A stretch of DNA of 64,000 nt, from NCBI GenBank assembly GCA_043228905.1, contig JBHGNT010000014.1, positions 15,376,001-15,440,000 on the forward strand, in the 5' to 3' direction. Position numbers and translations under genes: made by a program. Shown piece after piece: positions 29,851-40,879 of this stretch (positions are counted from its first letter, which is position 1; the number at the start of each line of letters is the position of its first letter). Below the pieces are notes generated by a model. It did not search any database and had not been told where the DNA came from. It was given only the letters and a program-made list of their open reading frames with translations. This stretch comes from Azolla caroliniana (Eukaryota > Plantae > Polypodiophyta).

Positions 29851-30524
29851 GAAGTTCAACATTTTCCAAATTAGCCTTCTAAAAGGTTCCAAAATGATAA
29901 CCATGGGTTCCCATTGTAATGAATTGATATAAAGATTGTTCAAATGTATCTTTAACCCATAGGAAATTGATTAAGATGGTGTTCAAAACTTGTTATGTTT
30001 CAAAGCGGTATATATCATGAATGTGTACGATGGTAATGGAAAATTGTAGTAGAAATATGGGAAACGTTCATTGCTTGGTGAAGAAGAAACACCATCTCTA
30101 GATTTTCAAAACTTGTATGACAATGATGAGGATAAAAATTCAAAGTGATCTTGGATATTTTGGTTTGTTTTAAGATCCATTTTTGTCTTTGATGAGATGA
30201 ATTTACATATTTAAGGTTTCTATATTAGTCAACACTCTAGTCACACTTGATTTTAAAAACACATGAGACATTAGACCTTGATAGATGTGTGATAATCGGG
30301 GGAGCACGTAACAGTCATTTGAGTTGAATGGTCACTCACTTGTCAGAGTGGGAGCTCACACGTGCTTATGTTACATTGCATCCACATGTTTGAAGGCTTG
30401 GTTTTATGAAGTACGTAAGGATTTCTGAGAAGGCTTATTATGATGGGCCCAATCCTCAATGAGAATGACTCTCCAGGAACTTGTTGCATGACATGGTGAG
30501 CTGAGTTGAAGGCTCTATTACATG

Positions 30525-30867
30525 AGCATTGGGACATTGCATCAATCTTTTCATGATATCAATAGTTCTAAGAGGTTGGCGTGACGTGACAAATGTGTGT
30601 GTGAGGGTTTATACATGGGTGAGTCTTGAAGTGGGCATGACTAGCTACGAGCAAGTTAAAGAGAGCAATGATGAGGTGTCCATTGACGCTCATGATGTCT
30701 GGCCAATACAAGCATTGGGACATTGCATCAATCTTTTCATGATATCAATAGTTCTAAGAGGTTGGCGTGACGTGACAAATGTGTGTGTGAGGGTTTATAC
30801 ATGGGTGAGTCTTGAAGTGGGCATGACTAGCTACGAGCAAGTTAAAGAGAGCAATGATGAGGTGTCA
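30525..30867. repeat. Near-perfect tandem duplication, period 186 bp
   Basis: AGCATTGGGACATTGCATCAATC...GAGCAATGATGAGGTGTC occurs twice; ORF 30529-30903 shows the repeated peptide. Confidence 0.92.
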
Positions 30868-31061
30868 ATGCTTCAATCACATCACTTTGCTTGCCTTCTA
30901 TAGGTATCACGAAGTGTGGTTGACTATGGATCGTATTGAGCTTCTACATGTTCAAGCTCAAATTTAGAGGCTGATGCTTTTTCATCACCGTGAAGCATCT
31001 TAGTCCACACAAACTTCCATCGACAAAGTGTGGGCGGACTATTGTGGGAGTATATGGGCAG

Positions 31062-31352
31062 AATGAATGCATGCATGCATGCATGTATGTGTGTATGTAT
31101 GTCTTTGTGGATGGATGTATGTATGTATGTCTACGTGGATGTATGCATGCATGCATGTATGTCTATGTGGATGTATGCATGCATGCATGCATGTATGTAT
31201 GTATGTATGTATGGATGGATGGATGGATGGATGTATGAATGCATGTATGGATGTATGATGATGTATCTATGTATTTATGTATGGATGGATGTATGCATGC
31301 ATGTATATATGTATGTATGTATGTGTGGATGTATCATGTATGCATGTGTGTG
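31062..31352. repeat. Compound (ATGT/ATGC/ATGG)n microsatellite
   Basis: Read directly; explains the Met/Cys/Val-rich spurious ORFs. Confidence 0.95.
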
Positions 31353-31770
31353 ATGTCTTTTGATATGGAGGAATGTAAGCACAACATTCTGAGACAAACA
31401 TACATACATACATCAAAAGCCCCCAGAATACATAATACATACAGTAAAGGCTTCTCTCAGGGGATGATTTCTACTTTGCGTGGGGCAGAAACCGAGACAG
31501 GTCATCGAGTCGGTAGAGTTGAAAGGTCAGAAGGAGACCAAGTCAAGAAATTCTACATGTATATATATATATTGGTACAATAATCTGTGTGTATATACAA
31601 GCCAAATCAAATAGAAATTCTCAGAGATCTCTCATCTCTGCCATAGCCAGGCAGGGAAGGGTATAGTCTATAGATAAGACACATTGTGTTGAAATCCCCT
31701 TCTTCTGTTGTGTGTCTTTTATAGCAAAAATTACCCAGTTTTAGAGCCAAAGGCCCTGCCTGTAAATAAA

Positions 31771-31790
31771 ACCTACCCATATCTATATAA
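31771..31790 (+). promoter_or_regulatory. AC-I element (ACCTACC) next to TATA box of the CYP73 gene
   Basis: ACCTACC 31771-31777 and TATATAA 31784-31790, about 75-95 nt upstream of ATG 31864. AC elements are R2R3-MYB sites typical of phenylpropanoid promoters. Confidence 0.6.
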
Positions 31791-31863
31791 AGTTATAAAC
31801 AACACAAACAAGGATAAGAGAGTACAAAAAAAGAGGATCAGAGCAGAGCAGGGGAAGAGGTCT

Positions 31864-34843
31864 ATGGTCATGGCTTGGTTAAGCAATGCAAGTGTTTCCA
31901 CAATCATACAAGCAAGTTTAATAGGATTGATTGTGCTGGTTCTGGTGCTGAAGCTGGTTGTGAGGCTTAGGGTAAAGCTACCCCCTGGCCCTTTTGCTTA
32001 CCCTATTGTGGGGAACTGGCTTCAATTCAGGAAAGGATTAACCCCACAGAACTTGGCCCAAGTAGCCAAACAGTATGGAGACCTAGTTCTCCTCCAGATG
32101 GGGCAGAGGAAGGTCCTAGTGGTCTCCTCCCCGGAGCTCGCCAAGGAGGTGCTTGTGACCCAAGGAGCCGAGTTCGGGTCCCGGGCCCGAAACCTGGTCT
32201 TCGACATGACCACCGGACAAGGCCAAGACATGGTGTTCGCCGACTATGGCGACCATTGGAGGAAGATGAGGAGGATTGCTACCCTGCCTTTCTTTACCAA
32301 CAAAGTGGTCCAGCAGCACCGGATCGCGTGGGAAGCCGAGGTAGACATAGCCATGGAAGACATCAAGAGATTGCCTGGCGCCACGACCTCGGGTATCGTC
32401 ATCCGGCAGAGGATCCAACTCATGATGTACAATATCGTGTACCGGATGATGTTCGGGAGGACATTCTCGGGCCTTGACGATCCCCTCTATGTCAAGCTTA
32501 TGAATCTGAATAATGAGAATAACAGGCTCGCCCAAAGCTTCAAGTATAGCTATGGTGATTTTGTGCCCTCCCTTAAGCCCTTCCTTAGAAGCTACCTTAA
32601 GGAAGTCTGGGAAGCAAATCAACGCCGTCTCAACTTCCTCCGAGATGCCTTCCTCAACGAGCGCAAGAAGTGAGTTTCTTTTTTTTTTTTGGTTTTCTTT
32701 TTACTCTGATTTTTGTGTTGCAATTTGAAATCATGATTTATGTGTGTTGGATTAAATCATAACCCTTATTTTTGTGTTGCAATTTGAAATCATGTTGAAT
32801 TAAATCCTGATTTGTGTTGCAATTTGAAATTGTAACTATTATGTTTGTTGGATTAAATCATAGCACTGATTTGTGTTGCAATTTGAACTCATAACTTATG
32901 TGTGTTGGATTAAATCGTAGATCATGTGTATTGAATTAAACCAGAGGGCTATGAATGTATGTGTGGTTATGTGTGTGTAAATTAATAATCTTATCCATAA
33001 TCTTGGCAGAGCAAAAGGAGAAAAGATCGGGGTCGATCATTTCTTCGAAGCCCAGAATAAGGGAGAGATCTCGGAAAACAATGTACTCTATCTCATCCAA
33101 AACATGAATGTGGCAGGTAAAATGCCAATCTCTCTGTTATTTATTATTACCAGATATGAAGTCAATGATCATGAATTTTTAACTCAAAAAACCTTTTGAG
33201 GTAATGATGGTTATCGGTTATATCACGAATTTTAACATGATCTGTCCTCCTTTGCCCTTCTACCACACAGCCATAGAGACCACACTTTGGTCGACGGAAT
33301 GGGGAATAGCGGAGCTGATTAACAATCCCGAGATTCAGAAGAAACTCCGAAATGAGCTCGAGAACGTGCTGGGGAAAGGTGTTCCCATCACCGAGCCAGA
33401 TGTCATGCAGCTTCCTTACTTACAGGTAAATGAATGAATTCCCTCTTTTCTCTCTGGCATACAATCGTGTCTAGATTCGCCTCTGAACTATTATGGCATA
33501 ACATCATCGATCAAATCCATCTGATTGCATTCATCAATATAGATTTACTGAATGTGGCCCAAGTTTTATGAATAGAGCTGTTTTCCAAATTGCATTTACA
33601 ATTGGTCTAATCCATCTGATTGAATAGAGCTATTTTTTTGCATATTGCAAATTGCAAATTGCATTACCATTGATCTAATCCATCTGATTGAATAAACCTA
33701 TTTTTGGCACATTACAAAGTACCATTGATCTAATCCATCTGATTGAATAGAGCTATTTTTCGCACATCGCAAATTGCATTACATTGATCTAATCCATCTG
33801 ATTGAATAGTAATATGTTTGCACATTTGCAAATTGAATACCATTGATCTAATCCATCTGATTGCATATCATTTCAAGTGATATTTTGCTTTAGATCTATT
33901 TTTGACACATTACAAATTGCATTACCATTGATCTAATCCATCTTGATTGCATTACCATTTCGAGCGATGTTTCGCTTTAGATCTAATCCTTCGAAATCCT
34001 TGATCTAATTCTATCTGATTGAATAGAGCTATTTTATCTGATCAAATAGAGCTATGTTTGCACATTGCAAATCGTTTCACCATTGATCGAATCCATCCAG
34101 CTTGATTGCATTACCATTTTGAGCGATATTTCGTTTTTGGATCTATTTTTGCACATTGCATTACCATTTATCTAATCCATTTGATTGAACAGAGCTATTT
34201 TTGGCACATTGCGAATTGCATTACCATTGATCTAGAGCCATTTTTGGCAAATTGCCAATTGCATTACCATTGATCTAATCCATCCTGATTGAAGTAGAGC
34301 TATTTTTGCAAATTACAAATTGCATTACCATTTCGAGCGATAATTTCGCCGCGTTTACATCTATAATCCATCTAAACCCTTTCGATTTTTGTTTTTTTTG
34401 GGCAGGCGTTCGTGAAGGAGATCTTGAGGGCACACATGGTGATCCCGCTGCTCGTCCCGCACATGAATTTGAAGGCGGAAAAGTTGGGCGGGTACGACAT
34501 CCCGGCGGGGTGCCGGGTCCTAGTGAACGCGTGGGGCATAGCCAACAACCCCAAGTATTGGGACAGACCCGAGGTCTTCAACCCCGACCGGTTCCTCAAC
34601 TCGAAGATGGAGGCGATTGGCAATGACATGAAGTTCATCCCTTTCGGGGTGGGCCGGAGGAGTTGCCCTGGGAGCATAATCGCGCTACCTTTGCTAGGCC
34701 TCACCTTGGGCCGGCTCGTTCAAGAGTTTGAGCTCTTGCCTTCGCCAGGCGTGGACAAAGTGGATGTCCGAGGTGTCGGTGGCCAGCTTAGCCTTAGCAT
34801 TGCCGTGAAGTCCCGTGTTGTCGTGAAACCTTTACGTCCCTAA
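31864..34843 (+). CDS. CYP73: Cytochrome P450 CYP73 family (cinnamate 4-hydroxylase-like), ~501 aa, 4 exons
   Basis: Exons 31864-32669, 33010-33116, 33271-33425, 34406-34843 join in frame. N-terminal anchor plus LPPGP, WRKMRR, PFFTNKVVQ, RLAQSF, NVAAIETTLWS (I helix), EILR, IPLLVPHMNL, PDRF, heme motif FGVGRRSCPG. Confidence 0.95.
32708..32945. repeat. ~45-60 bp minisatellite in CYP73 intron 1
   Basis: TTTGTGTTGCAATTTGAAATCAT...TGTGTTGGATTAAATC repeated about 4-5 times. Confidence 0.85.
33505..34340. repeat. ~55-60 bp minisatellite filling CYP73 intron 3
   Basis: More than 12 units of GCATTACCATTGATCTAATCCATCTGATTGAATAGAGCTATTTTTGCACATTGCAAATT with variants. Confidence 0.9.
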
Positions 34844-37554
34844 AGAAGAAGTAAGACACACACACACACACGCACCACACTACTCTCTTTTCATGGACAC
34901 AACGCACATGAGAAAGAGACATCTTCGGACACGAAAAGCTCGGAAAAAGAACCCCCCTTCTCCCCCCTTTTGCCTAGGACAAAAAAAAAAACTTGGTATG
35001 AAAAGGAAAATTAGTAACCAACCAAACAATGTAATATTCTTTTATATGTCTTCTTCTTTCCCCTATCCTTTTTTTTTGCACGCGGTTTTTTTAAACATTT
35101 CGTTTTCCTTGGTACCTAAGTTAAAAATAAAAATAAAAACAACAAAAAGCATAAACCTTGTAGATGAAATCTTGTTGGTTGGCTAAACACATAAAAAAAA
35201 AAGCTTGGTGAAAAATCAAGATTGGAAGTACTTTTTAACTTGTTCCTTGTGTTTATTTGATTCTGAATTTATTTCTATGTGGAATACCTCCCCCACAAAG
35301 GCACTGAGCATGTTTTTCTTGTTTTTGTACTGTTCACAAACGTTATTTTCTTTTTAACAATCTCACTTTTGATTTCATGAAGATGGGTTTATTGTCAGAT
35401 GCTTTTCTTGTGTTCGCACACTTAATGTATTATAAATTTATATGTAGAAAAAATCTCTCAATACCATATCACTTGGTTTTCTTCTTTCTTCATGGGATTA
35501 ATATCGAAGCTCTTTGTTTGATAACAACATGGTTGGGTAAAGGTTATATTGTTGGATTATAATATGATTGGGTTAGGTTATAGCAATAATTATTAACAAA
35601 GCGGTATTGCATTATAATGTTGTGAGATTTTTAACAACTAAACTTGACGAATGTTGTGCCACTCAATTCATATTTTATGGTGGTCGTAGGTATAGCTTTG
35701 ACTTCATTATTACCCAAACAATAGGATCGCTTGATGTGTTGAAATTTGTCCCTTGGTCATTTCCCTTGGAGAAAGAGCAACGGCATCATTTTGTGCCTCG
35801 GTTGTTCTTTAATTATAAATGTTATCCATTTCCTTTTGGAGTAATAGCAATATCATCCAATACTAGAGCCAATGATCCAAGTAGTAATGTATCCCACGGT
35901 TATTCCCTTTGATTTAATGAATTCAAGTCTCTCGACCTTTTGTTTAAAGGACTTGCTTCCTCAAACAACCGAGAAACTCGATCTACTTGAGAAAACAAGA
36001 TTGGATCCTAAACACATGAGAGCATCTTTGGGTATGACATGAGCCCATGCATCGATGACTTTCATAATGTCTTTTGATGTTTGGATGCTTGCTAAAATGC
36101 TTATGGGAACTAGGAACACACAATGAGATATTATAAATATTCTTTTCTAAAAGGTGTGCAATGGCATCGTGATGCAATTGATGATATTTTTTTCTAGTAA
36201 TTTGTCACATCATATGAAGGGCTTGAAACTGTATCTTGGTGTTTTCTCTTTTGTGATGAAAGGGTATTATTTACTAACATGTACAATTATTGTATCGAAA
36301 GGTCGTATGTCACATTCTCTTAAATGCTAAGCAAAGAATAGGTTTGTAATCAAGGGAAATATGAGAGATAATCGTGGGAAATGAAGTGTGACAGAGGAAT
36401 CGAGTGTCACATCACATAATATTACTAGTGGGAGAGAGGCCATCACCCACACACCTACATTGAGAAGAGAAGATGGAGAGGGGGGAGTGAAAGAAAGAGG
36501 ACGCCGCCACAAGCCTATCATAATAAGATCCTTTAAAAGGGAAAGAAAGAGGACGCCACCACAAGTCTGTCATTAATTATAATGCAATGTTGTAGTCACA
36601 TGGGTTAAGTTTAAAAGGGAAAGGTCTTGACATCATGGCTCCACCTAATTTGATTGGCATCTTGTGTAGTCTTTATTGGTTGTTTGCATTGGTGCTCTCA
36701 CATGATAAGATACTTGTTATTTACCCCCTCGCCCACTTCATCTAGTTACATTGTTTTTGACCATTCACTTGAAGCACCAAAATCATAAACATAACAAGGA
36801 ATCTTTAGTAATGTGACAAGGGTTTTAATTTATCACTGACCACCTCAGAGTCTCTTTCCCTTTTATTACGGAAAGTATGATATTATGTCATGGACCACAA
36901 TACAAATCATGGTGTCTTTACGGATATAAGCATTATCATAGTAGGTCTAGAATCTGCAAGTGCTAGAATGACAACCCCGAATGATCAGGAATAAAAGAGT
37001 GTCTCTAATTGCGATACCAATAACTCCACAAAGAGTGAGTGAACATGTGAGATTACTCCACATCGCCCATCAAACAAGGAATCATTTTGAAAAGTTGAAA
37101 AGAATGTATCATTTTTCTTACTTCAGTTGTACCATAGTCCTCACTACCTAGAGTAGTGAAACACAACCTTATATGATGGGGCGGATAAGCTCTGGCTCCC
37201 TGAAAAGATAATAATATATTCCAAATTAAGGAGGCCCTAAGTTATGAAAACCAAACCAAAAGCAAGTTAAATGAAACCTGAAGATATGTAACTTACACTA
37301 GAGAGAATCTTACCACACCCACATCACATTCCTCCACTAAGACAAGCTATTGAAATCAATTAAATATGTTTGAGATCCATACAAAATATTGAGATACATG
37401 GATATGTACCCTCCTCGTTATTCAAGTGGTCATTTATCAAGTACATACTTTCTTATATGCACATGGGTGTGCTCCATGTCCACATAATTAGACTCTTTAT
37501 ACATATATGCTATACATACAACAATACCCATAAATATCATTCTAATGTGTAAGG

Positions 37555-37593
37555 ATATATATATATATATATATATATAATAAAAAATAGTGA

Positions 37594-37624
<31 letters not shown>

Positions 37625-37640
37625 GTATGTATGTATGTAT
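37555..37640. repeat. (TA)n and (TACA)n/(TATG)n microsatellites
   Basis: Read directly. Confidence 0.9.
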
Positions 37641-37794
37641 CACTATTTATTATTCTATGGCATATATCATCACATGTAACATAATATGGTTCTCTATTAA
37701 AGATGAATCTAATCAACTAATTGGATCAAGTAAGGGGTTGTCATGGGGATACGTTGCGGAAGGTCCAGGAAAAAGTATAGAAAGTTGGAGATGG

Positions 37795-39672
37795 TGTCGT
37801 GATATGGCGTGCTCGAGGGTGGGAAAAACCGGTGAAAGGGGGGGGTCAAAAATGTGCATATGCAATGTGTGTGCACACAAAAGCGATTAATTGTGCATAT
37901 GCAAAATAAAAAGGAAAAGAAAGGGTGAAAAGGGGGTATAGAAGCTCGTGCAAAAAGTAAGAGAGAGGAGAGATAAAAGGTCGAGGGGAGACAGGCTATA
38001 AATTTATAGAGATAGAATTATATGTTATATAAGAGAGAGTTGGTGGGTTAGTGGATAATCACATTGACTACTTGCTAAAGGTGCACGGTTTGAGTCTAGT
38101 CTTATAGTGTAGCGTGATTTTAAGGAATTTTATTCCTTTTTCATTGAAGACAAATTTGGCGACCCCCCCCTTCTTTTTTTCCTATAAAAGGAGGTCGAGG
38201 GGGGCTCATTTGGGAGGACGTTTTGGGAGGAGGAGACTATCGCCAATTTTCCTTCGAAGCTCTTCATCCCCTTATTCACCACTTCTCTTCATCTCATACC
38301 CCTTCATCCCCCCATCGCCACGCGCTCGTCTTATTCGCGTCGGCACTCGAAGTGCTCGTGAGCCCAACCTTCATTGGTTCGACGTTGCTCCACCCCTGTT
38401 CGTCGTTGCGAGCCCGTGTGCTCGTCGTTCGGGTGGTCGTGGTTCGTTGGGGTTGGCATTTTGGTGGTGCTCGTGTGTTCATCTTCGCCGTGTTCGGTTT
38501 TGCCTTGTCTCTAAGGGCATTTGATATTTATGTTTTGATTGAGCTTGTGGTTAACTATAAGTTGCCATTGTAAACAAAACCCTATTTTATAAAGGGTCCT
38601 CTTGCGTTAGAATCGAACACGTATTTATCTCTTTGGTCAATATCATTCGTGTTTCTTTCTCTCCTTCTTTCTTTATTCGTGTCTTTCTTGTACGTTCGGT
38701 TGTCTTGTGATGAGGGGACTGTTCGGGCTTGCACATGCACCTCTCCTCCTCATAAAGGCGTACGAGCATTTGTATTTGTGTTTGTGTCTTCCTTGTACGT
38801 TCGGCCGTCTTGTGACGAGGGGACCGTTCGGGCTTGCCCATGCACCTCTCCTCCTCATAAAGTCATACGAGCATTTTGTGTGTGTGTTTGTGTCTTCCTT
38901 GTACGTTCGGCCGTCTTGTGATGAGGGGACCGTTCGGGCTTGCCTATGCACCTCTCCTCCTCATAAAGGCGTACGAGCATTTGTGCGTGTGTTTGTGTCT
39001 TCCTTGTACGTTCGACCGTCTTGTGACGCAGGGACCGTTTGGGCTTGCCCATGCACCTCTCCTCCTCATAAAGGTGTACGAGCATTTTGTGCATATGTTT
39101 TGTGTCTTCCTCGTATGTTCGACGTCTTGTGACGAGGGAGCATTCGGGTGCGCCCATGCACCTCTCCTCCTCATAAAGACGTACAGACATTCGTGTTTGT
39201 GTTATCGTCCCCTTGTGCGTTCATGTTGCGTGCTCATCTTGCTTGTACCCGTTTGGTCACTTGGCTCGTACGGTGATCTCGGAAGGTCGACGAGTCGTGA
39301 TCAACGAGAGCCACCGGCCTCACAAAACAAAGGGCAACAAGACCTTGCTCGGGAAGGGGCCGGGAAGTAGTATTGTCGTAAAGCAAACCTCAGGTCTTCT
39401 CTATCCCTTGAGTACTCCCTAGTCCAAGACCCCCTGTGGTCCCGCCCAAGTAACACACATGCGTGAAACTTCGCGACATAAATTGGTAGTCGTGATCAAC
39501 GAGAGCCACCAGCCTCACAAAACAAAGGGCAACGAGACCTTGCTCGGGAAGGGGTCGGGAAGTAGTATTGTCGTAAAGCAAACCTCGGGTCTTCTCTATC
39601 CCTTGAGTACTCCCTAGTCCGAGACCCCCGTGGTCCTGCCCAAGCAACACACGTGCGCGAAACTTCGCGACA
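37795..39672 (+). mobile_element. LTR-retrotransposon remnant: full LTR plus duplicated LTR 3' end
   Basis: Termini TGTCGTGA (37795) and TCGCGACA (39478, again 39672); TATA-like CCTATAAAAG ~38181; internal ~105 bp repeats; flanks ATGG/ACGA resemble a decayed 4-bp TSD. Confidence 0.8.
38675..39200. repeat. ~105 bp tandem repeat x5 inside the LTR
   Basis: GTACGTTCG anchor at 38690, 38795, 38901, 39006, 39113; each unit contains ATGCACCTCTCCTCCTCATAAAG. Confidence 0.93.
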
Positions 39673-40871
39673 ACGATTTATGTCATTGCCAATACAAGAC
39701 CAAGCCAACATACTCCATGGAATCAGGGGCGGATGGGCTATATGATCTGAAATAATTAATCCTTTATTGATTAGGGAAGTTGCTAATAAGAGGACAACAA
39801 TAGAGAAATGAATAGGCTACGAGGAGGAGGGCTCTTTGTTCCCAAGAGGTAGGGAAACACCAGACAGGATCACAAGCTCTGCATTGCATGAGACACCAAC
39901 ACAAAATAAGGCAATTCGAGTACTAGCGTATACTGGGCATAAATGAATTGTAGATCCTGATCCTATCAAAGTACAACCAGATTGGCACATATATACTCAC
40001 AAAAACACATGGTTACATAAGGTTAGCTGGGACCCTTTGCAATGGACATGGCATGATCCTTACGGGGGGGGCAAGGAAGCAAACCCATCCCATTCTTTCA
40101 ATTCACAACTACATTGGGTTGCCATATTCTAGCTGCTCAAACTGCCCGAGAGCCGTCAACTGCAAAGGTCTGGCACACATATCATGTTCCTCACACAATT
40201 ATCACCAAGTTTTGGAAAAAAATCTGGAAACAACAACACGCACGACGAATCACCAGTTTCCAATAGCTATTAATACATAGGTCACTACCGGTTGGTGCAT
40301 GGTAGAGTGGGAACCTTAGCTCTCCTAATTGTGTAGCATGCCCAAATGCAATAGAATCAATCCGACATGCTTTGTGGGACAACCCAGAGTCCCATCGAAT
40401 ATGGCAGGCAGTTGGCCGCTTATTGTAATTATGCCAGGTGCAAGGCTTAATCAAGAGGGAAAATATATGTTGGCTATCATGGCATGCCCCAATTGATGAG
40501 CATTAGGAGGAGGGGATGGCTTTGGTGATAAAAGCACAAGAGGTTTTTTTCTCCACCATCAACAATGTCCACTCAACTCCTATCAATGCTAACTCTCAAG
40601 TTGTGTTGGAATTGGTTAGCCCAATAACTCTTTGGACTCTATGGAAACAACGGTGTAGACGGGTCTTCGATGGTTAGCCCAATAACTCTTTGGACTCAAG
40701 GGCGACTCCGATGGAGTTGAAAGACAATGGCTAGCCTTCATCCAACAATGGTTGACCTCCCCCTTTATTGAGTCAGTGGACATCCACATAAGATGGACCT
40801 ATCGCGTCCCTACATGGATTTGTGTATGTTAATCTCATATGTAAAATTTTATAACTAATGGACAAAAAAAA
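39673..40871 (+). mobile_element. Decayed L1-type LINE 3' end
   Basis: Broken frames encode PNCVACPNAIESIRHALWD (C-terminal zinc-knuckle-like, ~40324-40380) and LWTLWKQRCRRVF (~40630-40670), typical of LINE ORF2 C-termini; ends in an A-tract at 40864-40871. May continue left of 37795. Confidence 0.7.
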
Positions 40872-40879
40872 CATAATAT

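Noticed and set aside
30944-31583. Met/Cys/Val-rich ORFs resembling metal-binding peptides
   Set aside because: Translations of a tetranucleotide microsatellite.
31708-31863. N-terminal extension of the CYP73 ORF
   Set aside because: Starts at a non-ATG codon and spans the TATA box and 5' UTR; the membrane anchor follows ATG 31864.
32022-34704. Antisense ORFs over CYP73 exons (and similar ones over actin and the TRAF-like gene)
   Set aside because: Shadow frames of real coding exons with no independent evidence.
38114-39711. Repetitive ORFs on both strands
   Set aside because: Arise from the ~105 bp repeats inside the LTR.
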